From positions 323,864 to 387,863 of the forward strand of contig JAKLFA010000002.1 of the NCBI GenBank assembly GCA_022711395.1: 64,000 nucleotides of DNA, given 5' to 3'. How positions within the stretch are numbered: position 1 is the first letter of the stretch; each line of letters starts with the position of its first letter. Under the pieces are notes generated by a model that saw only the letters and a list, made by a program, of their open reading frames with translations, made no database searches and had not been told where the DNA came from. The DNA is from Candidatus Omnitrophota bacterium. Lineage in GTDB: Bacteria > Omnitrophota > Gorgyraeia > Zapsychrales > JANLHA01. Made by a program: the position numbers and the translations under genes. Below are positions 17,927-26,895 of this stretch, piece by piece.

Positions 17927-18753
17927 GAATTATTCGGAGTTATCGAAATCGAAACAGTTTTTGAAATAACGTCGGGCTCAGCGCTCCCCGAGTCCCACTC
18001 CACCATCACCACAACCGGAACATCGGACTGATATTCCGCTTTTTCCGGCACCCGGATCTCATAACGGCCCACGATCTGGTCATCCGTAAAAAGATGATCG
18101 AACGCCAGGACGTGGATCTTGACCGGAAGTTTCGTGATATTTTTCAGGTCCACCCGGACAAAGACCTTTTCCCCAGGATGAAATGCCTGATGCTGCAGCG
18201 GATACTGGATATTAAAATCCCCCACACCAGAACCGCCCGCGGCGGCATCCGCTGCCGGATCCGCTATGGCAGTCAACGCGCGGTCCTTGATCAGATCACG
18301 CCCAAAATTGACCGAGAACGCTTCTGATGAGCCGCCAAAAGGGGCCTCAAAAGAAAGCTCAAATTTCTCCGCGGCATTGACCGGAAGCTCAAAAACCAGC
18401 GAAATTTTTTTCCCCTCCCCAGGATACAGGGTGAAGGCTGAAAGCTCCTCTTTGCTCAGGAGCCGATAGATGTTCTGGTATTCATCCTTGATCTTAGCGG
18501 CTGGGACGCTCAAAACATCGATCTTCCGGTATTCTGAAGAATTCAAAAGCTGCAGTTCCACGCGGAGCGCCCGGCTGATCTCAGGCGCCTGAGGGACAGA
18601 GACCTCTTCGATCGCCGCCTTTTGAAAGGAAACATGGACGGCATCCGAAGATGCTTGCAAACGGCTGTTTAGCCTGACCTCTGCCATCGCGGTAGCGGCC
18701 AACCCCAAACAGGCCGAACAGAATATGATCAAATAAAAGAAAAAGGCTTTCAT
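17923..18753 (-). CDS. Secreted protein of unknown function (about 275 aa)
   Basis: Signal peptide MKAFFFYLIIFCSACLGLAATAMA. Start overlaps the downstream gene by 4 nt. Confidence 0.45.
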   Translation of the reverse strand: MKAFFFYLIIFCSACLGLAATAMAEVRLNSRLQASSDAVHVSFQKAAIEEVSVPQAPEISRALRVELQLLNSSEYRKIDVLSVPAAKIKDEYQNIYRLLSKEELSAFTLYPGEGKKISLVFELPVNAAEKFELSFEAPFGGSSEAFSVNFGRDLIKDRALTAIADPAADAAAGGSGVGDFNIQYPLQHQAFHPGEKVFVRVDLKNITKLPVKIHVLAFDHLFTDDQIVGRYEIRVPEKAEYQSDVPVVVMVEWDSGSAEPDVISKTVSISITPNNS

Positions 18754-18825
18754 GTTGGGGCTATTATAGCATAAATGCCCAGGCAAAAAATCGGAAAATC
18801 GCATAAAATTAGTTCGTCGAGGAAA

Positions 18826-19200
18826 TCAGATGTTTTGGTCGATCGCTTGAATAAGCTCTTCGACCGTGCAGGGCTTGGCAAGGAAAGGATAACCTGAAAT
18901 GAACCCGTCTTCCTGATTGACTTCGGATTTCCGCACCGTCGCGGTCAAAAAAATGATCGGGATCTGAGCTGTTTGTTCGTTTTCCCGAAGCTGACAAAGC
19001 ACGTCCGGACCTTCCATCTCCGGCATGATAATATCCAACAGGATCAGTTCCGGCCGGTATCCCAAAGCCGTCTCAAACGCCCGGGTCGAATCATTTTCGA
19101 TCCGCACAAGAAAACGGCCGGTATCCTCAAGGTTCAGCTTCACCATTTCGGTGAAACCAACCTCATCATCCACGATCAATATGCGTTTTGGTTCTGTCAT
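18826..19200 (-). CDS. Single-domain response regulator (CheY-like receiver)
   Basis: …ILIVDDE…LILLDIIMPEMEG…FLAKP… is the canonical D-D-T/K receiver pattern. It overlaps the upstream kinase gene by 4 nt (ATGA). Confidence 0.85.
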   Translation of the reverse strand: MTEPKRILIVDDEVGFTEMVKLNLEDTGRFLVRIENDSTRAFETALGYRPELILLDIIMPEMEGPDVLCQLRENEQTAQIPIIFLTATVRKSEVNQEDGFISGYPFLAKPCTVEELIQAIDQNI

Positions 19201-20393
19201 TTCCCGTTGACCTTAAAGACCAGCCTGGCGCGAGCGCCCTGCTTGTCTTCCTTATTGGCCAGATCGATCATCCCGCCATGCGAATCCATGATCGTCCGGG
19301 CGATCGACAATCCCAGCCCGACGCCTCCCGCGGCCCGGTGTGTGGTAAAGAAGGGATCGAATATTTTTTCAAGATATTCATCCGGGATGCCTTTTCCTGT
19401 GTCCTCAAAATCCACGATCAGGACATCTTCCCCGACCGCGATCGAATCCGTCAGATTGGATGCCACCGAAATGTCGGACCGGTCAAAGATCTTGCGCGTG
19501 GTGCGGATCGTGAGCGTGCCTCCGTTTTTCATCACCGCGATCGCGTTGAGGATCAGATCAACGACAACTTGCTCGATACGGTTCTTGTCGATCAAGACAT
19601 TCGGAAGGTTGGTGGCAAAATGTTTGACGATCTTGATCTGGAATTTTTCGCACTGATGATGCGTGAGGACCAGCCCCTGCTCGATCGTTCGCTCGATCGG
19701 GCAGAGGTCTCTCTTGATATCTGAAAGGCTGGCAAAATCCAAAAGGTCTTTGATAATGCTGTTGGCCTTATACGCCGCGTCCTTGATGGAACGCAGGGTC
19801 AGCTCGATCTTGTCATCCCCGTCTTTAAGGACCGTGTTGAGATATTCCACCCCGTAAAGGATCGTTGCCAGGGGATTTTTGACCTCATGAGCGATCCCGC
19901 TCGCGACGCCACCGACCACGTTCATTTTTTCCGCGCGGATCAGCTGGGCCTGCATTTCTTTCAGCTCATCCATGGCCTTGTGCAGTTCAGTCTCCGCCTT
20001 CTTTCGTTCGATCGCGTAATAAAGCGCCTTGACCAGCCCATAGGACTTATACATCCCCTTGATCAAATAATCCTGGGCGCCCATCGTCACCGCCCTCAGG
20101 CCAAGATCGTCCTGGTACTCACCCGTATTGACGACAACCGCCAGTTGCGGATAGCGGCCATGAAGGCGCTTTAACGTATCAATCCCGTTACTGTCCTTGA
20201 TATTCAGGTCAAGAAGAACAACATCCACCAGGCTTTGCTTTAGAAGTTCGAATGTTTCCTGCAGGGAATCCGTGGCGCTGATCTGAAACGAACCATATGG
20301 AGCTTTGGAGAGCATGTTGATAAGGACCGCCCGATCGACATCATTGTTCTCGACGATCAAGACTTGAAGGGTCCGCTTCAGCTCAGTATCCAT
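19197..20393 (-). CDS. Hybrid sensor histidine kinase with an N-terminal receiver domain followed by HisKA and HATPase_c domains
   Basis: Receiver (…VLIVENNDVDR…VVLLDLNIKDSNG…); H-box …GIAHEVKNPL…; N/G boxes (…DTGKGIPDEYLEKIFDPFFTT…GGVGLGLSIAR…). Confidence 0.85.
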   Translation of the reverse strand: MDTELKRTLQVLIVENNDVDRAVLINMLSKAPYGSFQISATDSLQETFELLKQSLVDVVLLDLNIKDSNGIDTLKRLHGRYPQLAVVVNTGEYQDDLGLRAVTMGAQDYLIKGMYKSYGLVKALYYAIERKKAETELHKAMDELKEMQAQLIRAEKMNVVGGVASGIAHEVKNPLATILYGVEYLNTVLKDGDDKIELTLRSIKDAAYKANSIIKDLLDFASLSDIKRDLCPIERTIEQGLVLTHHQCEKFQIKIVKHFATNLPNVLIDKNRIEQVVVDLILNAIAVMKNGGTLTIRTTRKIFDRSDISVASNLTDSIAVGEDVLIVDFEDTGKGIPDEYLEKIFDPFFTTHRAAGGVGLGLSIARTIMDSHGGMIDLANKEDKQGARARLVFKVNGK

Positions 20394-20457
20394 ACACTCT
20401 CCTCTTTTGCTTGATTATATCAATTGCGGATGGGAAATCAAAAGCAAAAACATTTTT

Positions 20458-20862
20458 TTAGAAATTCTCCCCTTCCCCGATGAAAAACAATTCTTGAAAG
20501 AACGCGTAATTTTCATGGACAGCCCTGATGCTGGGGCCCAGACGCAGCGCTTTCAGGGCCAGCGGATAAGCATTATTTTTAAGAAATTCAATGTCATATC
20601 TCTGCGCCCCCACATACGCGTCATGGCGGTAGCAATAGCTCATGCCCAGGTATCCCAGGGGCGAATAAGGAAATTTCTTGATCAAGGAAAGAAAGACCTC
20701 CTGAGTTGCCGTGCTGGCCCTGACATTGCGCGCTGTTGAGTTGAGCTGTTCGATCCCCCTCTCATAGAGTTCGATCGGATGCGGAGACATCAGGCAGGAT
20801 CCTGAAGGGATCAAAATGAGAGAAAATACGCAAAATAATATGAAAGAAAGAGTGTATTTGTT
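20458..20862 (-). CDS. Small secreted protein, unknown function
   Basis: Signal peptide MNKYTLSFILFCVFSLILIPSGSC. Confidence 0.4.
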   Translation of the reverse strand, partial: NKYTLSFILFCVFSLILIPSGSCLMSPHPIELYERGIEQLNSTARNVRASTATQEVFLSLIKKFPYSPLGYLGMSYCYRHDAYVGAQRYDIEFLKNNAYPLALKALRLGPSIRAVHENYAFFQELFFIGEGENF

Positions 20863-20929
20863 CATTTTTCGCACTATTCCTACGAAAAAGTATATCACAT
20901 GATAAGAGAAATTAACCACTTACGGAAGG

Positions 20930-21415
20930 TTATACTTTCGAACTGCTCACAAGGCGGAAATAGTCTTTGATGCGCTGGTCTCTTAAATACCGCACGGATG
21001 GGACCGTTAAGGTCAAATAGAGAAGGATCATTCTTAGAAATGGGCCCGGATGGAACAGCATGATCTCAATGGCAGGGCTTTGATACATAAAATACCGCGC
21101 TCGAACGACCTTGTAGACCGTGTTCAAGATCAAAAAAAACGCGGTAGGAAAGATCAGATAAACCGTTGCCAATCGCGCCCACTCTCTGGAAAGGTATAAG
21201 GACACCCCCGCGAAATACAGCAAGACCGGAATAAAACCATACAGAAAAAATCCGATGAACCCCCGCCAGGAATTGATCGAAAGAAGCCCCAGCCCACCGA
21301 CATTAATGGCATCCAGGACCTCGAACAGGATCAAAAGTGAACCAAAACCGCCCAAGCAGATCATTAAGGACGAGATGATGGTAACCCCCAGGGGCCGCTG
21401 CAGTTTAATCACCAT
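20930..21415 (-). CDS. Integral membrane protein (4-5 TM helices), unknown function
   Basis: Hydrophobic helices throughout. Confidence 0.45.
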   Translation of the reverse strand: MVIKLQRPLGVTIISSLMICLGGFGSLLILFEVLDAINVGGLGLLSINSWRGFIGFFLYGFIPVLLYFAGVSLYLSREWARLATVYLIFPTAFFLILNTVYKVVRARYFMYQSPAIEIMLFHPGPFLRMILLYLTLTVPSVRYLRDQRIKDYFRLVSSSKV

Positions 21416-21420
21416 AGTCG

Positions 21421-21969
21421 TTACTTTGCGAGGGTCGCTTTCCCTTTTTCATCGATCAGGATCTCCGTGATGATACGGCCTTCACGATCGAACTTCCGTT
21501 TGCGCCTTAAAAGGCCGTCTTTATACTCCAGTTGATAAAGCAGATGTCCATCGTCGTCAAACTGATCATAAACACCCTCCATCTCCGTAAAACGCACCGC
21601 CCGTTTGGAAGAACCTTCCGTGATGGTCTCTCCCTGCCCGTCCTGGCCCGTAAACGCTTTCTGATCATATTCTTTTTGCGCGATATCAAGTTCCCGCTGC
21701 CGAAAGATCATCTGTCGGGCCTGGAACAAGATCAATAAACCTGCCAGGCATCCGCCGCAAATGATCAGCGAGAAGCGCAGCGCGCGGCTGGCCCGCTGTT
21801 CCCTCGCCTTCAAGGCGTCATAGATGTGGATGACCAGGGCCTCTTCACTGATCCTTCCCGCGGAATAGATCTTGTCCAGGCGCATCCCAAGCGAGCTTGC
21901 CAGAAGTTCCAATTCCCGCAACCGGACCTTTTTATCAGGAAGATTCAGGATAAGGTCTAATTTTCTCAC
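21421..21969 (-). CDS. Membrane-anchored protein, unknown function
   Basis: Single central TM helix (…FSLIICGGCLAGLLILF…). Overlaps the start of the next gene. Confidence 0.4.
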   Translation of the reverse strand: MRKLDLILNLPDKKVRLRELELLASSLGMRLDKIYSAGRISEEALVIHIYDALKAREQRASRALRFSLIICGGCLAGLLILFQARQMIFRQRELDIAQKEYDQKAFTGQDGQGETITEGSSKRAVRFTEMEGVYDQFDDDGHLLYQLEYKDGLLRRKRKFDREGRIITEILIDEKGKATLAK

Positions 21970-22784
21970 ACGCGCTCCTGGGCCTTAAAATGATTTTTGC
22001 ACAGATCGATAAAGGCCTGGTCGACCCAGCGGCCCATGTAGGATGTTCCGCCCGCCTTTAAAAAGGCCGCCGCGTCCTCCTCGATCTTCAGGACCTGCCT
22101 GCGGCTCAGCGGATCATCCAACTGCCCGGTCTGATAATAGGAAAAACCGATCACCGGCTTCGACGAGAACCCATGGACATGCCGGAGGACCTCCATGAAC
22201 TCGGAAACCGGTTTGTCCAGCTGCACATCCGTGAACACAATATCAGGCGCTTCTTCGATGACCGAGGCCACGGCCTGAGAAACAGAGGTGGACAGGCGCG
22301 TCTTAAAGCCCTGCTCCTGCGCCAGAGCCGCCATCTGATGGAGCTGGACATGATAATCGGACCGTCCGACCAGAAGGACCTTGGAAACAGAACGGACAAA
22401 AACGGGCCGGTCAACCGTTTTGGCGCCGGCGAGAGCGCCTTCAATAGCGTCTAAAAGTTCTTGGGGAGTGAACGGTTTTGTGATAAATCGATCGACCCCG
22501 ACCGCGCCGAACGAATCTTTCATCTGGCCGCGCCCGGAGATGACGATCACCGGGATCGGACTGGTCTCATAGGCGCGCCTGATCTCCTTAAAGAGGGAAA
22601 ACCCGTCCATCTGCGGCATCAGCACATCGGTCAGGATAAGGTCTGGCGAATGTTCAGAAAGGATGTCCAGCGCGGCTTTTCCGTTCTCCGCGCAGGAAAC
22701 GCGGTATCCCCGCTTCTCCAGGATCGAACGGGTCGAACTCAGGATATCCGGATCATCGTCAACGATCAAAATATGTTTGCTCAT
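21966..22784 (-). CDS. Response regulator with an N-terminal receiver plus a second, receiver-like (likely degenerate) domain and no DNA-binding domain
   Basis: …ILIVDDDPDIL…PDLILTDVLMPQMDGF…IPVIVIS…FITKPF… is a receiver. It is a paralogue of the 24683-25486 gene. Confidence 0.75.
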   Translation of the reverse strand: MSKHILIVDDDPDILSSTRSILEKRGYRVSCAENGKAALDILSEHSPDLILTDVLMPQMDGFSLFKEIRRAYETSPIPVIVISGRGQMKDSFGAVGVDRFITKPFTPQELLDAIEGALAGAKTVDRPVFVRSVSKVLLVGRSDYHVQLHQMAALAQEQGFKTRLSTSVSQAVASVIEEAPDIVFTDVQLDKPVSEFMEVLRHVHGFSSKPVIGFSYYQTGQLDDPLSRRQVLKIEEDAAAFLKAGGTSYMGRWVDQAFIDLCKNHFKAQERV

Positions 22785-22797
22785 GACAGAGTCTCAC

Positions 22798-24552
22798 CTA
22801 TGAGGCGTTCACGTCACGAAAAACAGCCCCGGTATCAGCGCTGGTCACCAGGGAAGCATAACGGGCAAGCCAGCCGCCTTTGACCTTGATCTTAAACGGC
22901 TCTAATTTTTTAAGGCGCTTGGCGATCTCTTTATCCGCCAGTTCCACATCCATCGTGCGCTTCTTGACATCGATGGCGATCATATCGCCGTTCTGAATGA
23001 TGGCCATCTCGCCGCCAGCCGCGGCTTCCGGAGCCACATGGCCGATGCACAGCCCCCTCGTCCCGCCGGAAAACCGCCCGTCCGTAATAAGGGCGGCCTT
23101 GATCCCGGCGCCCTTGAGCGCGGATGTGGGAGAAAGCATCTCCTGCATGCCGGGACCTCCTTTGGGACCTTCATAACGGATCACGACCACATCGCCATCC
23201 TTGACTTTTTTGTTCAGGATCGCGGCGAGGGCCTCTTCCTGCGATTCATAAACTTTGGCCGGCCCGCGGAACTTGAGCATGTCCTCATCCACACCGCTGG
23301 TCTTAAGGACCGCGCCGTTCCTGGCAAAATTACCGGTCAGGATCGTCAATCCACCTTCCTGAGAGAACGCCTTCTCCACGGTCCGGATCACGTCCCCGTC
23401 CGGGCCCGGGGACCTGTTGACATAATCCCCCAGCGTTCCGTAAACGGTCGGAGCATCCAGCTTCAAATACTTGTGCCCGTGGTCGGCGATCGGCTTCAAG
23501 ATCGCCCCCATTCCTCCCAACCGATGGACATCTTCGATGTGCACATCCGGGCGCGACGGCGCGATCTTGACGACGTTTGCCGTGGCGCGCGAGATCTTAT
23601 CGATACGGTTGATGTCATACTTCAGGCCCGCTTCACTGGCGAGCGCCAAAACGTGCAGGACGGTATTCGATGAGCCGCCCATGGCCATATCCAGCGTAAA
23701 AGCATTGTCGACCGCGTCCCGCGTGATGATATCCAAGGGCCGGACCTTCTCATTCATGAGCCTGATCAAAGTTCTCGCCGAATTGCGGACCAGCTCGATC
23801 CTGTCGGGATTCAGCGTATGCTGACGCTTCGCCCCTTCCACGCGGACCGTGGCCGGGGTTGAACCGTTGCCGGGAAGCGCCACTCCTAAAATTTCTGAAA
23901 GACAGTTCATGGAATTGGCCGTGAACATTCCCGAACAGCTGCCATACCCGGGACAGGCGACTTCCGTCAACTTCCTTAAATCTTCTTCGGACATTTTACC
24001 GACGGATTCTTTGCCTACGCCCTCAAAAACCGTGATCAGGTCCGTATTGTTCAACCCCGAAAGCATGGGTCCGCCGCTCACATAGATCGCCGGAATGTTG
24101 ATGCGGACCATGGCATTGAGCATCGCCGGCACGATCTTATCGCAGTTGCCGATGCCGATCCATGCGTCACAGGGATGCGCGCCGATGATCGTTTCGATCT
24201 GGTCCGCGATCAGCTCGCGCGACGCCAGCGAATATTTCATCCCGAAATGCCCCATCGCGATCCCGTCGCAGACAGCCCCGCCGATATTGGCATACCAGAC
24301 ATTGACGCCCAGCTTTTCGAGCTCCGCCTTGGCGATCGCCCCCAGCTGGTCCAGATGGGCGTGGCCGGGGATCTGGTTCGTGTAAGAATTGATGATCGTC
24401 ACGAACGGACGCTTTAAGTCGACCGCGTCCTTCAAAACGCCCTCCGCCATCATGAGCGAAACACATGGCAGCATATGGTTGCCGGAGCGGAACACCCCGC
24501 TTCCGTTTTTACGGACACTTTCGATCCCCTGATTAATAACTCGTTTTGACAT
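22798..24552 (-). CDS. ilvD: Dihydroxy-acid dehydratase
   Basis: MSKRVINQG… N-terminus, the …CDGIAMGH… cluster ligand region and the …[17 protein letters not shown]… C-terminal motif. ATG at 24552. Confidence 0.9.
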   Translation of the reverse strand: MSKRVINQGIESVRKNGSGVFRSGNHMLPCVSLMMAEGVLKDAVDLKRPFVTIINSYTNQIPGHAHLDQLGAIAKAELEKLGVNVWYANIGGAVCDGIAMGHFGMKYSLASRELIADQIETIIGAHPCDAWIGIGNCDKIVPAMLNAMVRINIPAIYVSGGPMLSGLNNTDLITVFEGVGKESVGKMSEEDLRKLTEVACPGYGSCSGMFTANSMNCLSEILGVALPGNGSTPATVRVEGAKRQHTLNPDRIELVRNSARTLIRLMNEKVRPLDIITRDAVDNAFTLDMAMGGSSNTVLHVLALASEAGLKYDINRIDKISRATANVVKIAPSRPDVHIEDVHRLGGMGAILKPIADHGHKYLKLDAPTVYGTLGDYVNRSPGPDGDVIRTVEKAFSQEGGLTILTGNFARNGAVLKTSGVDEDMLKFRGPAKVYESQEEALAAILNKKVKDGDVVVIRYEGPKGGPGMQEMLSPTSALKGAGIKAALITDGRFSGGTRGLCIGHVAPEAAAGGEMAIIQNGDMIAIDVKKRTMDVELADKEIAKRLKKLEPFKIKVKGGWLARYASLVTSADTGAVFRDVNAS

Positions 24553-24682
24553 TTGATTCCTCTCTTCTCGTTTACAAATCTCAATACACAAATCACACCA
24601 ATAAACCTTGCCTTATCTTACACGAACCAAAAGAATCGTCAAAGTCCTAGTTGAAATTTCTGACGTCCTATGAAGGGTATTG

Positions 24683-25486
24683 CTAAAGATATTTGGAGAT
24701 CTGTTCCAAAAAGGATTGTTCATTGAACCGGTCAACATATTCGGTCGCGCCGGCCATCATCGCCTCCTGTGCGCAGCGCTCGATCACGGCCGCCCGTTTG
24801 CGGAATTCCGCAGACGCCAGATCGCTGACGCGGTAATAACTGTAGATCAGGATCGGTGTTTCTTCATGATGCGGGAACAGCCGGATCGCCTTGACCACGT
24901 CCTGCACTGAACGGCCATCCTCCAGCTGCGCTTCCAAAATGATCACATCGGGCTGAAAATTGACCACATGGACCAGGATATCCGCCGCGGTCTTGGCGTT
25001 CTGAACGTGGTATCCTTGCGAATTGAGCCCCTTGATGATGCTTTCACAGACCTCAGGATACGTCCCGAAAACCAGGAATTTCTGGGCCGCCTTCTTGAAA
25101 TGCCCGTGGCTGCCGTAATGGGCGAGCGTTTTATCGATCGTCGACAGCAGAACGTTCGGGGCGCTGGGCTTTTCTAAGAATCCGGCGACCCCTAAAGCGG
25201 CGAAAGCGTCCTCCATTTTTCCTCTGGCGGTCAGAACGATCACAGGGATCTCTTTTGTTTGAGGGTGCTCCCGAAGGGCCTTACAAAAGACGAATCCGTC
25301 CATTTCAGGCATGAGGACATCGGTCAAAATCAGATCAGGGTGGGCTTTTTTCAATAGATCAAGGGCTTCGGTCCCGTTGCCGGCCTGTAACACGATGTGC
25401 CCGGCGGTCTCAAGGTTCAAGGCAAGCATCTGCCGTTCGGCAGCTTCATCTTCAACAACCAGGATAATGGCCATTGTTCCCTCCAT
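24683..25486 (-). CDS. Response regulator with a receiver plus a second receiver-like domain (paralogue of the 21966-22784 gene)
   Basis: …ILVVEDEAAER…PDLILTDVLMPEMDGF…IPVIVLT…FLEKP…. Shares PDLILTDVLMPxMDGF and IPVIV segments with its paralogue. Confidence 0.75.
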   Translation of the reverse strand: MEGTMAIILVVEDEAAERQMLALNLETAGHIVLQAGNGTEALDLLKKAHPDLILTDVLMPEMDGFVFCKALREHPQTKEIPVIVLTARGKMEDAFAALGVAGFLEKPSAPNVLLSTIDKTLAHYGSHGHFKKAAQKFLVFGTYPEVCESIIKGLNSQGYHVQNAKTAADILVHVVNFQPDVIILEAQLEDGRSVQDVVKAIRLFPHHEETPILIYSYYRVSDLASAEFRKRAAVIERCAQEAMMAGATEYVDRFNEQSFLEQISKYL

Positions 25487-25534
25487 TCATAGTATACAAT
25501 CAAAATATTGAGAATGAAGGGCTTTTCAAAAAAC

Positions 25535-25792
25535 TTAACGCCGTACCAATTTCTGGTACGTGATGACCTCATAACGTGTTTCAATGACCGGCCGGTAGAT
25601 GACCTTGGTCGTAACACGCTCTCCGCCTGAAACGCTCATGGAGACCTTAAGAGGCCTGTGAAAACTTTTTCCCGAGTAGGATCCGGAAGCGGCCTGGGCC
25701 TCTGAAACAGGCTTGACCGAACCGGAAATAAAAATGAACAGCAAAACTGCGGCCGCGATCAGCCACGCTCCCATGGAACGTTCGTCACGCAT
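25535..25792 (-). CDS. Small secreted protein (85 aa) directly downstream of riboswitch B
   Basis: GGAAAAGGGGG RBS then ATG (MRDERSMGAWLIAAAVLLFIFISGS…) after the terminator hairpin. Has a signal peptide. The track ORF start at 25846 would overlap the terminator. Confidence 0.5.
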   Translation of the reverse strand: MRDERSMGAWLIAAAVLLFIFISGSVKPVSEAQAASGSYSGKSFHRPLKVSMSVSGGERVTTKVIYRPVIETRYEVITYQKLVRR

Positions 25793-25814
25793 AGGTGCCC
25801 CCTTTTCCGGCAAT

Positions 25815-25975
25815 AAAAAAGCCCTCCGAAAGATCAGAGGGCACAATATTGCCTTAACGGAACTGGTTAGCGTTAGTTACGGCAGCCAGACAGCCATACC
25901 CAGCGGCCACGGAGGGCGCTGGGGGTAGGCTCACGGCTTTGTGTCCTACTCTTTCGAGTAGTTTACCTTTGAAAC
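25815..25975 (-). promoter_or_regulatory. c-di-GMP-I (GEMM) riboswitch, copy B. The aptamer is about 25975-25854, with an intrinsic terminator (stem 25842-25821, U-run 25820-25815 on the minus strand).
   Basis: Minus-strand RNA …GGUAAACUACUCGAAAGAGUAGGACACAAAGCCGUGAGCCUACCCCCAGCG…CGCUGGGUAUGGCUGUCUGGCUGCCGUAACU…AGUUCCGUUAA. It is near-identical to copy A in the conserved core; the variable hairpin differs but keeps its pairing (CCCAGCG/CGCUGGG here versus UCCU/AGGA in copy A). Confidence 0.65.
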
Positions 25976-26014
25976 GGACTATAAAAGAACAAGTGAGAGA
26001 GCTGCTTCACTTTA

Positions 26015-26044
26015 AGTATGCCATATTCAAGGAAGCGCTTTCAA
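26015..26044 (-). promoter_or_regulatory. Sigma70-like promoter (TTGAAA-N18-CATACT) for riboswitch B
   Basis: Hexamers on the minus strand with the same spacing and arrangement as the copy-A promoter. Confidence 0.35.
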
Positions 26045-26141
26045 GGGGTGAAATGGAGCGGATAAAAAATCGAATTAAATCCGCAAAGACAAAAAAGAGC
26101 CTATATAATGAATAAGTTAAACTTGAACCGGGAGGCCAAAC

Positions 26142-26884
26142 ATGGGGATATTCCAAAAATTTCAAAAAATGGTTTGGCGCCTTAAGAACCGCAAAATACG
26201 CAAGACCCGCCATATTTTCAAGGACTACGGCTACATCGTCAAAAAGCTCACCCTTCCCAAAGACGGTGTTTTTAAATACGCCCGCTGGCTTCATCCGGCC
26301 TGCGGGAACCTTCATTTTTCGCAACAAGCTATGGACTCGCTCAGATCCATGATCAAACCCGGCGATACCGTGATCGATATCGGCGCGCAGACCGGTGACA
26401 CCACCCTTCCTTGAACATCCTCCCCTTCTGTTTCGCGGCCACGGATGAGGATGGGGAATACGAGTTCCATTATTCGGACGCGTCTTTTTGCAACGGCGGA
26501 AATCTCAACGGGCTTGAAAACGACATCGACCATCGCTACCCTTTAAAAGTCGCGGGAAAAAATCTGAACCGCTTCTTATCAGCCCAATATCCCCATCTGT
26601 TAAAAAACCTGTCTTTTATCAAGATCGACACCGAGGGCCACGACCGGGACGTCCTTCTTTCGATCAAAGAGATCATCCGTCAGCACCGGCCGGTCATCCG
26701 GACAGAGGTCATGAACCGCCTCTCGGCGGATGAGGCCATGGCGCTCTATGATACGTTAACGGAAATGCAGTATCGAAAGATCTTTGAATACCAGGAAAAT
26801 GGGGAAAGTATTTGCGGGCCCGCCATCACGCGGGAAACAGTTAAAAAAGACCGGACCTATGACCTCATCGCCTTACCGTCTTAA
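26142..26884 (+). pseudogene. FkbM-family SAM-dependent methyltransferase gene split by a frameshift near 26396-26420 (two ORFs of 90 and 157 aa)
   Basis: N-terminal ORF carries …VIDIGAQTGDTTLP* and the downstream ORF (other frame) continues …FCFAATDEDGEYEFH…IKIDTEGHD… (FkbM hallmark). Combined length is about 247 aa, the full-length family size. Confidence 0.55.
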
Positions 26885-26895
26885 ACGCATCACCA

